From Flaccisagitta enflata (Eukaryota), in contig OZ231126.1 of the NCBI GenBank assembly GCA_965153355.1, forward strand, positions 48,484,001 to 48,548,000: DNA of 64,000 nucleotides, given 5' to 3'. Numbering within the stretch: the stretch's first letter is position 1; every line of letters begins with the position of its first letter. This document shows, one piece after another, positions 1 to 50,451 of this stretch. Position numbers and translations under genes: made by a program. The notes beneath the pieces are model-generated. The model had not been told where the DNA came from. It worked only from the letters and a program-made list of their open reading frames with translations, and made no database searches.

Positions 1-192
1 TTGACAGATCGAATCATTGGATGATTGCCGTGATGGATTGACTAATTAACGTAGTTGATTGACATGTTGATGAACGTGATGCTTTCATGCTCAAATGAAC
101 TATTGATGCAAAATGTTATGTTGATTAACGGGTTGATTAATGGCACGTTAGACTGATGTTGTGATTGACAGATTGATAGTTTGGCATGTTAA

Positions 193-1030
193 TCGGGAAA
201 AAAGTCAAAGTCAATGTTCAACTCTTTCACATATTCCAGAGAAACAGGGTTTTCATCTTCTGATGAGAAAGTTGGGGTTCTCAATTGATCGATTGGGGCC
301 TCTGACAAAATTGAAAGGGTAAGTAAATTTTATAATTCTCTTTCATTTGGCGCCAAGCAAAATGCTCTAGACGACAAATATTTTTCGCGCTATGATTTTT
401 TAAAAGATTTATTTAAAAAAAAAAATTCAGTTTGATTTTTTCTATGTTTTTAAATAGGATCAATAAAGTCTAAAGAAGTGTATTTTTGTTTGTATAGGCA
501 TGCAAACACAATCAATGATGTTTATGAGCATAGCTGCTCATCTCTGTTTTTGAGCATTTTAGCTTATCTAGCTCATTTAGCTCAATCTTTTTTTTTATTT
601 TAAATACGATAAATGAATAAATATTTCGATACATGTTTAAGCAAGCAGGAATAAGAAAGCTTGTTTGTGAGCAGAGCTGCTCAGGGTGTTTTTAAGTATT
701 CTAGCTCATTTAGCTCATTTTTTTTCTGATTTTTAAATAGGAAGAATGAATAAATGTTTTAATTGAGCATGAAAATACAAGAAAGCATGTCAGTGAGTAT
801 AGCTGGTCATCTGGTTGAGTGATTATAAGTGTATTAGCAAATCTAGCTCATCTAGCTAATTTTGCTCAGTTCTTTTTTTCTTTGATTTTCAGTGCAATTA
901 ATACATACAATTGCTCTTGATTAGATCTAACAAGTGAAAAAAATTGCAGTGACTGAAGACAAAAACTTGATGAAAAGTGACCAATGCTTACGACTTTTTC
1001 CCTCACGGCGACAGCCGCCATTACTGGTAT
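193..1030 (+). mobile_element. ~830-bp Helentron-like non-autonomous repeat (family H1), copy 1
   Basis: Reverse complement of 24600-25438 and 33096-33929. Subterminal IRs gaaaaaagtc / gacttttttc and a terminal hairpin ggcgacagccgcc. Confidence 0.75.
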
Positions 1031-1174
1031 ACAGATTGAGAGGTCGATAAATGGGTGAATTGGCGGGTTTGTAGACTAGGCGGGTTGAAATAATGATTGC
1101 CGGGTTGATAGATCGACAGGCTGATTAACGGGTTGATAGATTTCAGAAATGGCTGATAAATTGATAGATGGGTC

Positions 1175-1561
1175 TATGTCACGGTGCACACAAAGGGGCA
1201 ATTTTTATGGTCAAATCATACTCAAGGTAAAAACTTGAATAATTATTTTACAATTTTTTTATAATAAGTACCGTAACTCAGTGCATAATATTGCTTTATT
1301 TGAATATTATTTATATATATATAATCAATATGAAAAATTGACAAAATTGAAAAAAAAAATTTTATTTATAACTTAGTGTAAGTGAAATTCTTAATCTGTC
1401 TCTGAATGCAAAGATTTGCATTTCTAAGAATATGGCCCTTTTTTAGACACATAAGAAAAAGGCCATGTTCTTAGAAATGCAAATTTTTACATTCAGAGAC
1501 AGATAAAGAATTTCACGCAAAATGACTTTCCAAATTTGCTGCTTGTGTGCACCGCGACCTA
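1175..1561. mobile_element. MITE with imperfect TIRs and an internal ~130-bp hairpin
   Basis: tatgtcacggtgcacacaa ... ttgtgtgcaccgcgaccta; internal palindrome ~1385-1514. A similar hairpin core occurs in the 49839-50451 element. Confidence 0.65.
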
Positions 1562-1601
1562 TATAGGTTCAATGGTTGTCTGATTAACTAATCAAAATCA
1601 G

Positions 1602-2543
1602 GTGAAAACTCGCGCTTACACGTCTCAAGACACTCAAGAATTTCAGTCGCGCATAATGGGTAGCATGCCTGGTATTGCCGGTGCATCGACGGCATCACAA
1701 CACGGAGCTTCTTACTTCTTCGATAACCGCAATCGGTACAACAGCATCGACGACGTCTCTCGAACCACGAGTCCGCAAAGCCCAAGGTCGCCGGCATTCG
1801 ATATCTACACCATCGGCAACGGAGCCGGGGGAGGGGGAGGAGTGGGAGCGGCGTTTATAGGCGGTCAAAGTTCGTCGTTCGGTCGCTATTCCCAGTCACA
1901 ATCGCGCATTAGTCCTGTCGGTAGCATCGGAAGTTACACACGTCTTCGGGATTCGACTCAGCATCCGACAGTTCATGTTATCACTGGAGGGAGTGGACGA
2001 GGTGTTCCAGCAGCCGTCGCAACTGCCAATTCCGCGACGTCGCTCGGAGACAATGTCACCGCCATGGCCGCGGCTTCTTCGCGGATGATGCGCAGTAGCG
2101 GTCTTCTCTCGACGACCTCCTCGGAGGCAGCGTCGACGCTATCGACCAGATCCAAAAGCTCCTCCAACACGCCGTCGACCATCCTGAATAAGAAAATAGG
2201 GAACGGAGGCGACCATCAAACGATGCAAAGACAATCGGGAAGATTGAACCATGAACCGAATTCCATCATTGAAGAAGATGCTGATGAACCAAGCGAGATG
2301 AAATACGACGCACATACCGAAGGACAAGGACTGAAAGAGGGACGAGGATTGATGGATGGACAAGGATTGATGGATGGACAAAGAATGGCGAATGGAAAGG
2401 GGTCGTTTGACCATGGACAAATTCTGAAAAGTGAACAAGGCATGACACAGGATGAGGGGATGAGCGACGGACAACTACTGACGGACGGAATCGAATCAAC
2501 AGCTGCGGACGACACGAGTGCAACGACGAATCTTATCTGTTAG
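1602..2543 (+). CDS. Terminal coding exon of an unidentified gene (Ser/Gly/Ala-rich, probably disordered C-terminal tail); upstream exons not identified in the window
   Basis: 942-nt open frame, GC-richer than its flanks. It begins right after an acceptor (caaaatcag|gtg at 1601/1602), ends at TAG 2541-2543 and is followed by AATAAA at 2563-2568. No recognisable domain. Confidence 0.6.
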   Translation: MKTRAYTSQDTQEFQSRIMGSMPGIAGASTASQHGASYFFDNRNRYNSIDDVSRTTSPQSPRSPAFDIYTIGNGAGGGGGVGAAFIGGQSSSFGRYSQSQSRISPVGSIGSYTRLRDSTQHPTVHVITGGSGRGVPAAVATANSATSLGDNVTAMAAASSRMMRSSGLLSTTSSEAASTLSTRSKSSSNTPSTILNKKIGNGGDHQTMQRQSGRLNHEPNSIIEEDADEPSEMKYDAHTEGQGLKEGRGLMDGQGLMDGQRMANGKGSFDHGQILKSEQGMTQDEGMSDGQLLTDGIESTAADDTSATTNLIC

Positions 2544-3211
2544 ATAAGATTTCCAAAGGTGAAATAAAATGATTAGCATTCACTAGTTACATTCATCGTT
2601 CATTGTTCAAAAGCGAATGTTATTATGTTTTCAATTACAATTGTAATTTGAATTTGTGGTCCGCGCAGGTCGGAACCAGTTAATAACGATTTTTTTTTCT
2701 CAATTTCTTATTTACACAACTTCCTGACTGATATTGATTGATTCCATGTGCAAGTCATACTACTCCTACATCCATATTGTACGATATTATCCCCAATAAC
2801 TAAGTCTGTGATATATTAACTACATCAATCTGTGCCTTGACATACTGTATTTTTTCAGTTTTTCGTTTTTAATCTATTTTGACGGGGCTACAAAATGAAT
2901 TATTTTCATTTCCGACGTTTTTATATTTACTTTGGATTATGGATTTATTTTTCAAAACGGCATTTGGTTGCCGTGTCGTTCTTTCGATTCCTTACATTCA
3001 TTTATGTTTGACATAACGATTCAAACATAAAAGAAATCATTTAAAATTGATTTTATGGTGGAGAGGGCGCCAATTCGCTTTTCTTTTTGTTATAGAATTT
3101 TTCATTTTAGTGAAGCTCCTACCTCATTGACTGAGATTAAATGTGAAACAGTGATTGACCAATTACAAACCTTGCATAATTACAAATTCAGTCGTTTTAT
3201 TAAAGAGGATC

Positions 3212-4999
3212 ATGGCCACTCAACCCACAATTGCAAAAGCATTGACAAATGATCTCACCAAGACATTTTTTGAGGGCATCAAAACGGTCTTGTTTGATGC
3301 GGATGGCGTCCTTTGGGAAGGATCCAAGGCAATTCCAGGTGAGACCATGAAAAGGAGGAAAAAAGTAATAAGATTAAGATCGGGGTTATGTCTGTGGATC
3401 ATGAAATGATATCAAGATTTTGTGAAGTCTTTGAGAGTCTTTAAAATGGTCATGGATGCTATGAATGGTACGGTATGGTATGGTATGGTATGTAATGGTA
3501 TGGTTGTTACTCTACTTAGAAAAACTATGCGTCTCTTCTTCATTTTGGCCATTGTTACCTTCATTTTAGTCGCAGACACACGACACTATACGTTTCAACG
3601 TCGGTCCGTTGGTCCTTCCGCCAGAAATATTTATGAATTAAAGTTTTTCTTAGTCTTTTATAGGTCATTGTAAGGTATGAAAGTGAGCAAAACTGCTGTA
3701 TTGTTGTTCTGTAGTACACTAGTACTGCAGAACTGCCAATGCCAAAAGGTCCGCATCAGTTAACTTTTCATTTTTTTTCTGAAGCCTTCAAAAGAGACAA
3801 CTACCGATAGTACAACTGCAACTGCAAAAAAAAAAAAAGAAAAAAAAATCCCAAGCCTGTTGATAAATATGAATTTAAAGATAATCTTAACATGATTCCT
3901 GATATCTTTCCCTTGCAGGAGCCATAGCGGCCTTTAACAAATTGATATCACTGAATAAACGCGTAATAATTGTGACAAACAACAGCACAAAGACTTTGGA
4001 TGAGTACCGTGAGAAATGCGTGTCACTTGGCTTTAATGTTGCCGCCGATAGAATTATATCGTCAGCATACGTCGCAGCCTGGTATCTTAAGAGGAAAGGC
4101 TTTGCTGGGAAGAAGGTGCGATAAACATTTTAGTCACACTTGTTCTTTTTCTGAGGGGTGGAGGGCGTTACTATCTCCCATAAATAATATCAATAAAATA
4201 CGCCATCTCTTCTCACCATACAACGCAGGCATATCTCATCGGCAGTCCCGCCTTGTCAAACGAGTTGACAGCGGTTGGAGTAGAGAACGTTGGCGTGGGT
4301 CCAGACACGCCTGAAATAAGAGACAATATCTTTCAATGGGCGAGAGACGATTTGACTCTTGATTCCGAAATAAAAGCAGTCGTGGTGGGATTTGACCCAT
4401 ACCTCAACATCGTCAAATTGTCAAAGGTAAGAACATCCCATGGTCGTGTTTACCGAATCCATAGACAATGACACGTGCTACGTGTTAGGTTTAATTTGCA
4501 ATCGCACGACAAGGGCCTACATGCATCCACAATTATCAATTATCAATCCACAATTATTTATGATCATCTCTATAAAAACTAAAATCTTGAAACAATCATG
4601 TCCCAAATGATACCGGCTTACCGGGCTCACCAGGTTGAATTACAATCGCTCACGATTGTTTCAAAAGATAATTTAAGATATGATATAGTCAAATTAGCAC
4701 AGATCAAAACCAGAATACTTTAGTTTTAACGTTTTCTGTTTTCTTTTGAATCAAAGTTTTTTTCACAGGTCCCAGGGCCAAACCCTAGGTGGAAAAAGAA
4801 GGTCAAGTGTTGTGAACCCCCTTCACATGTTATACATGGTGTCATATACCAATAAAGGCGGCTAATCGCCGACCGGAAAAAAGTCGTAAATGGGAGTTTC
4901 TTTTTTTCAGTGTATCTCATGCTGGCTGTGTATGTGACTGCCTGTGTGTTTTGGTTATTCAATCTAAAGTTTCTTTCTCTCAGTCTTCCACTGTCTTTG

Positions 5000-5045
<46 letters not shown>

Positions 5046-5060
5046 TGTGTGTGTGTGTGT

Positions 5061-5116
<56 letters not shown>

Positions 5117-5174
5117 GTTATTGAAACTTTCTTTCTCTCTCTTTCTTCTCTTTCTCTCTCTTTCTTTCATCTCT

Positions 5175-5255
<81 letters not shown>

Positions 5256-8200
5256 TTCTCTCTCTTCTCTCTCTCTCAGAACTCTCTCACTCTCTCTCTG
5301 TGAGCTAATAAAACTTGGAGTCAATTTTTCTTGTTACATAGATCCAAAAAAATGGGATCATTTAAAAAATATCGATTTTCGCGAAAATGCAAAAAAATAA
5401 AAAAAGATTCAAAAATTCATAACTCCTAAACTATTGATCGTAGAGACTTCTGGTTGGCGCTATTTGAAAGAGAAAAATAAGCTCTTTCTTAGCTGTGAAT
5501 ATCAAAAAATGTATCATCCCAGCCCAAAAACTGCACAACTTTCAAAAATTGCCTCAAACCAAAAATGGAAAACTTTATTTCTCCCCTACGTTTCAAAAAG
5601 TCGAATTACATAATTCGACTTTTTTCCAATGATTAGAGCTGTATAAAACAAAATAATCGGCTTGGAAATATAGCATTTATAACCTATAAAGAGCAATGAT
5701 AAAGCATTTTTAAGTATTTTTGAGGCTAAAAATTGCAGATTTAACTTCTAAAGATTTTGAAAATACTTGAATAGTGTCCTAATATTTGCTGTTTAAATGC
5801 TTTTAGCCTTTAAAGCTATTTTGGTGGGATATTTGACAGATTCAGGCAAAAAAGACAGCTAAAAAAACAGCTAAAAACAGCATATGAACAGCTTTCAGCT
5901 TAAATATGTAAATGCAATTTTCAAAAACATAAAAACGATAAAAAATGTATAATTATAGTGGTAATACACATGATAAAATCTTTAACAATCAGTTTGAAGA
6001 GATTATTTATGAATCAGTGATTAAAAAAAAAGAAAATTGCTGTTTTTTTTTTTTTTTTTTGTGGTTCTAAGCCCTTATATGTAAAACAGCCGTGGGGGTA
6101 AAAGCAGTTATACAGCAACTATAACTACACCATTCAGTTATTTTTTTAAACTTTTAGACATAACTACAATTTTTAGCTTTAAAAATGCTTCAAAATGCTT
6201 CATTTTTAGTTGCGGACACGCAACTCTACGAGAGGCTTTGTCCGTCCGTCTGTTGGTCCATTGGTCCGTCAGCACGAGTCGAAAAGTGGGAAAACGCGCA
6301 TATCCGCCCCTGCCCACCCATCCACAACTGGTGGCCATGTTTCCGGCCTTGTTGCTATTTATAGACTATAAATTCTTTATTTCCAAGCCAATTTTTATGG
6401 CTCTAACTATACCTGACACCATGATTAACATGAGCGGGGGTTCACAACCCTTGACCTTTTTTTTCCGCCAAGGGTTTGGCCCTGGGACCTGTTTTTCGGT
6501 TTAAATTTTTTCATTTCCTAGTCTAAAGGTAGTAAAATGTAATGCAAATTATCAGAAGCTACCTGCCATTCGGCGCCTGCATTCACCAGGCTGCTTCTTA
6601 CATCATGGGGCGCGGGTTGCCTTTCGTGGCGACTAACGAGGACCAGCAGTTGCCGCTCGGTGACGGCGTCGTTTTCCCCGGTACAGGGGCCATCGTCGCC
6701 GCGGTCGCTTGCGCCGTTGAGAAGCCACCAGACGCTATCATGGGAAAACCGCATCAACACATCTTCGAGTGCCTGCAGGTGTGGTGTTCTTTGAAGAGAG
6801 AAAAACAAAAAGACAACGATTGGCAAAAAAAGGAAAGTACCAAACAAACAAGAAAAAAACAAAAAATAAAAAACAAAAAAGCAAACAAAAACACAAAACA
6901 GACAAGTACAAACAAATATAAACAAATAAATACAAACAAAAACAAATGAACAAAAGCAAATGAACAAAAACAAATGAACACAAACAAACAAGAAATAAAT
7001 AAACTCGAATAAACAAGACCAAAAAAAAACCAGAAATAAACAAACAAAAACATGCTAAAAAAACAAGTACCAAAAAAAAAGAACAATCGAACAAACAAAC
7101 ACGGACAGCAACTATGTCATGAGTCTGAAGGATCTCGATCGTTAGACTCATTTTTGCTTTTGCTTCTCTTTACAGAACACAAACAAAAACCTAAGAACGG
7201 GAATCATGAATGACTTATTTTAAATGACAGTTTTGAGTGTCTTTTTGAAAATGACGGAGTCAACAGGAATCGCAGCCTTTGACTGCAGGGTAAAGGCTGA
7301 CGCTGACAGACCCATTTGAACAACACCGCATTAGTCAGAAACTTTTGAAGGACATGAAAAATTGACAAAAGACACTTCAAAAAATTTCTTTCTGCGTGAG
7401 GGAGAAAAACACTAAGAATCGGGAACAAACGAGTAGTAGACTTCGCTAGATTTAAGATTATGGTTTTCAGATATCATCAGATCTAGTTAGTTATCTTGTG
7501 GGCCTTTTTAGTTATCTTGGAGAGATTTTTTGGGTCAGGTCTATTAATATAGCTGTCCCATAAATCTCTCATTTGCTTATTTTAGTTAAATAGAAGACTA
7601 GGATTTCAGGTCTATTAATATAGCTGTTGTTTTAGTTTAGTATGTGTAGCTGAGTTAGATGGGGGGACCAGGGTTCTGGTCTATTAATATAGCTGATACT
7701 CTGGTTCTCCCTGTACATTCCAGTGGTCTATTAATATAGCACTGGTCTGTGTAAATATGTACAGCTTTTAATTGTTTCTCTGTTTTATGGTTGATTTATG
7801 TATGCATGTGTGTACTTTGCTTTGACTCTGAAGTATCTGAATGTCTGCCTCTTTCCCTGTGTCCATTGTTATCTGACTGTCATTGGTCCTTTGTTTCTTT
7901 GCAGTCTGATGTCCAGACTTCTGTGACTCCTCTGTCCGCTCCTCCTCTTCATGTTTCTCCTCTTCTACTCAACTTATTTCTGATCATTCTTGATTCTTCC
8001 TTCCACTCTCTCACTCTTCTCTCTCATTTTCTTTGGTGTCTTGGATAAGTGGGATGGGGCCTAACCACGCCTGGGTTAGGGGAAGATAATGTCCTTCTTC
8101 CTCTTTCCCAGACAGTCCACAGCCTGTACCTGGATACCTCTCTTCATTTTTCCTCTCTCTGTTTTCAACTACCCCTCCTTTCTTACCTAAACTTAACAAA

Positions 8201-9312
8201 AGCATATATATAACACATACAGTAGATGTCGTCTAGACGGGGGAGCTCATAACCTGAGGGGACTGATATTTTGCTGATATAATGTATAGACCCGAAGGGG
8301 TTGACGATGGGGTATGGCATCCCCCTACGGCTTACCCTAAGAAAAAAACTTTAAGCACAGTAGATGCCGTCTATACTTGGAAATACGGGGGCCCTCATAT
8401 CCTAACTACCATTTGTGCAAATAAAATGAAACTGTGTGTATAATGCTTAAGTCTTAAGGTTGACGATGGGGTATTGCAGCTCTGTGGATAGAAAATCCTC
8501 TTGAATATAGTAAATCAAATTCGCTGCTCTCAAACAGTTGCTGGAATTGATCTAGCGGTCAACTCACTTGCTTTCAGATTTGTATTGATCAGTTTATTTC
8601 TTTAAAGGTTCCAGGTTCAAATCCCAGGTTGATTTTGCAATTTAAGCAAATAGATGAAGCTGAAAATCCGTCATAAAAGTTATTGAACCTAAAGTTTATA
8701 CTAAAAGTTTTTCTTATAAGGTAAGCTGTAGAGGGATGCCACACCCCATTATCAACCCCTTAGGGTCTATACATTACTTTAGCAGAATATCAGTCCCCTC
8801 ACTATTAGTGCTCAGGTTATGAGCTCCCCCGTATTTCCAAGTCTAGATGACATTTACTGTATAAAATTTTAGGATCAATCACTTTTTTCGCTGAATTTCA
8901 GCTTCATCCATTTGCCTAAAGTGCAAAACCAGTCTGGGATTCGAACCTGGAACCTTTGACTAAATATACTGATCAAGATAAACCTGAAGTCAAGTGAGTT
9001 AATCATTAGCCCAATTCCAGAAGCTGATTTGACCATGCGAATTTGATTAAGTGTTTTAAAAACAATTTTCTATTAACCGAGCTGCCATACCCCATCGTCA
9101 ACCCTATAGTCTAGGGGGTATGGCAGCTCTGTTAATGCATATGTCCTATAGGCTATAGGACATATGCATTATACACACAGTTTAATTTCATTTACATAAA
9201 TGGTAATAAGGATATGAGGGTCCCCGTATCTCCAAGTATAGACGACATCTACTGTATCATGAGCGAAGACTATACTACGAGATGCAAAAATATCATTTTT
9301 TTTTCGGTTGCG

Positions 9313-9405
<93 letters not shown>

Positions 9406-9537
9406 TTTGAAAAGTTGCGGCGACATCTACTGTATCATGACATCAACTGTATCATGAGCGAAGACTATACTACGATGCAAAAATATCATTTTTTTTTCGG
9501 TTGCGGCGAGAGTGAGAGTGAGGGTGAGAGTGAGAGT

Positions 9538-9568
<31 letters not shown>

Positions 9569-9888
9569 TCTTTGAAAAGCTCAGTCCAATGCTAGTATTT
9601 GCATCTGAGCAGACTGAACTGACTCAGCAATCTTTCCTTTTACGCAAATGAAAATTTCAGGAAATGTACGGTATCGAGCCTGAGACGACCGTGATGATTG
9701 GTGACCGACTAAACACGGATATCCTTTTTGGCGGCAATAATGGCATCCGCAGCATCCTGGTCCTGACGGGTTGCTCCAGTCTCCAAGAAGTCGTCAACAA
9801 AGAAGGAAGCCAAAATTCGGAGGACAAAAAGGAAATCCCAACTTTCTATGCGGATTCAGTTGCTGCCATTGGACGCTTCCTTGAATAA
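3212..9888 (+). CDS. PGP: HAD-superfamily class IIA phosphatase (phosphoglycolate / glycerol-3-phosphate / pyridoxal-phosphate phosphatase-like), 5 exons, ~312 aa
   Basis: Exons 3212-3338, 3919-4115, 4229-4426, 6590-6778, 9661-9888; all introns GT-AG and phases consistent (939 nt). Motifs: LFDADGVLW (motif I DxD), VTNNS (motif II), AVVVGFD, FVATNED, PGTGA, MGKP (motif III), MIGDRLNTDILFG (motif IV), LVLTG. PGP versus PDXP orthology is not resolvable by eye. Confidence 0.93.
4765..6492. mobile_element. TIR element in PGP intron 3 with nested insertions
   Basis: ~60-bp TIRs acaggtcccagggccaaaccc...gaacccc / ggggttcac...gggtttggccctgggacctgt. Contains a Helentron-like element (~4847-5630, with (GT)n(CT)n) and a short DINE-like copy (~6208-6352). 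Confidence 0.75.
7115..8215. mobile_element. Possible solo LTR remnant
   Basis: Starts tgtcatg, ends taaca, ~1.1 kb, with four internal copies of ggtctattaatatagc. No clean TSD and no partner LTR seen. Confidence 0.25.
8220..9256. mobile_element. Two related foldback MITEs (TIR cagtagatgYcgtcta, TA-flanked right ends) with interleaved arms
   Basis: 8220-8357 pairs with 8701-8861, and 8358-8700 pairs with 8862-9256, as reverse complements. Confidence 0.8.
9241..9580 (+). repeat. Local tandem duplication containing (GA)n tracts
   Basis: gacatctactgtatcatga...gcgaagactatactacga...ttcggttgcggcga(GA)n gtctttgaaaag occurs twice (~9241-9414 and ~9421-9579). Confidence 0.8.
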
Positions 9889-10238
9889 TCTTGACTTTTT
9901 TGACAGTGACTCAAAACTATGGTTGGGAGCGGTTAAGTGGTAGTACGTGGGGATTGATTGAGAAATTGCTATTCGTGAATGTTGTGATTGTTCTCTTTAT
10001 ATTTCATTTTATCTATTTCAGATTTAGAATATCCCTTTACCAGTTCACATCGAAGGCAATCATTACTTAACTTAAACCACAGTTGTTGAACCATTTTATA
10101 CCATTAGACAAGTTCAAGATTGCACGGACCCATTAGCACCATTACGACCAAACGATTTTTCATTAATGAACTGGGGCCATTAACCAATGATCTCTTACTC
10201 TCATAACCAAAGACAACAAATTCTGTCCCAAAGAAATA

Positions 10239-35921
<25,683 letters not shown>

Positions 35922-37126
35922 TGTATATAAACATTTTCAGTTTGCATACACCCTATGTCGATTACGTTGGTGAGAGCCCCTGGAATGGCCGTTTTTACCC
36001 ATTGTGGGCAGTGCATATTGTGAAGTTACCCAAAACAAGTCAAATAAGCCTATGAGTGAGTTTGAATTCAATTGGTGACCTTTTGTCGATTGGTATATCT
36101 GTCTGTTTGTCCGTTTATTGCATTGGTTTGGCTATTTTACTTTATCCACGTTTTGGGAAAGAGTTTGCATCACTGATTCTCCCCAACTTTTTTGACTAGC
36201 CTTCATGCGATTTTGGAAGCCGTATATTTGACCATATTTTCGTTTGTTGCTTATCACACTATCAATTTCTTACCATACAATGCTGGTTAAGAAAATAAAC
36301 AAAGGAAGTAGTTCATTTAATCATTGAATATTTGTGATCATACCGAGACACAAAGATGTTCGTTTATAGCAAGCTACCTGATTGAGGGAGTGGTGGCTGT
36401 TATTTGATCTATGCTTATCGATCCATCGGTCTATGAAATACGTTTTATACTGAACCAAAGGTGCCTTTTTATTTCAATGCGTCTGTATTGGTGCGTTATT
36501 GCATCACTGCCTCTACCCAGTCGCATGCACTTGTTAAAGTCGTCCTTTTTGCATTAGACTTAACATGGCACATACAAACGTTTTAAGCTTTAATTACTTA
36601 CTGCACAAATAATTAGAGAGCTGTGTACGCTGTATCTCTGACTTTCCAGTTTATATTCAATTTCGATTTTTTTTTTTTTTAGTTGCGGACACGCAACTCT
36701 ATAAGAGGCTTTGTCCGTCCGTCGGTCCGTCGGTTGGTCCGTTGGTCTGTCATGGTGATCGAGTTGAAAACAAGCATTTTCGATAATGTTTGAGTGTTGA
36801 ACGTGGGTTGGGGTGTGGATTGGAGTTGGATGCCCCTGCCCACCCGTCCGCAACGATATTGTGACCCCGCGTCACTTGTTTGCATTCCTAACGCGATGAA
36901 CAGATACTCGTGAAAACGCCTTTGAGACAACTTTCAAATTCTCTTGATGTACTTTCTTGATTGCTACGAGGAAAAAATAGAAAAACCAGGTCTGCAGGGT
37001 ACCATGAATAAAATTCGCGAGTTAGTGTATTCATCTGCTTATGTTACTTATATGACTCAATCACAATTCAACTGCTTTTGCTTTTGGTTTCTCCTTCATC
37101 ATTTTTTTAAACATTCCCTGCGACAG

Positions 37127-49793
<12,667 letters not shown>

Positions 49794-49838
49794 ATGTAGT
49801 CCATCGCTTGAATGACGCGATTCGGATGACAATCTCAA

Positions 49839-50451
49839 TACATCGAGGTGCAAATAAAGATGAAATTTCGGTTTCAGTCTCTTTTCATAACTATATTTAT
49901 AACTATTTTATGATTTTATTAATGAAATTTGTAATTTTGAAGTTTGATATTATTTTATTAGAAAAAGAAACCCTAGTATGATAAAGGCATAGCTTTGTTT
50001 TATTGACAAAGACAAGAAAGAATCACTGGAAATAATAGATTTCTTAAAGATAGTAGAACAAAAATTCAAAACCTGCAAAGGGAAGATTCCAAGACTTGAA
50101 CAAATTGAACAATTTTGCATTTCTAAGAACATGGCCCTCATCTTATATGTTCTTAGAATGAGGCCATGTTTTTGCAGATGCAAAATTTTGCATATAGAGA
50201 GCGTCTTAGAATTTTCCCTAAGACAAGTCAAGTTGCAAAACTAAATTTTTTTTAGATTTCCTCCTTTTTTTTCCTCTTTTTACTTGCTCAGCACTTTTTT
50301 TTATCTACAAATGATTTTCTATGCAACACTAAAAACAATATCACATAACAATTATACTTTTTGATGAAAAAAATCTAAATTTGTCAAATTTAGAACATCA
50401 AAAAAAATGTTTTGACTCTTCTAATTTGGTCTTCGTTTGCACCTCGACATA
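49839..50451. mobile_element. MITE immediately 3' of the SDR stop codon (duplicated at ~55626-56241)
   Basis: tacatcgaggtgcaaataaagatgaaatt / aatttggtcttcgtttgcacctcgacata; internal hairpin as in 1175-1561. Confidence 0.65.

Noticed and set aside
7538-7742. Repeat-spacer pattern as a CRISPR array
   Set aside because: Repeat is only 16 bp, spacers are irregular, the context is a eukaryotic intron and there are no cas genes.
8600-8630. tRNA gene
   Set aside because: Only a T-arm/B-box-like motif is present; no acceptor stem, D-arm or anticodon arm could be folded.
36944-37126. N-terminal extension of the SDR ORF
   Set aside because: Starts at a non-ATG codon and reads through a polypyrimidine tract ending in an AG acceptor; family-like sequence begins at ATG 37127.
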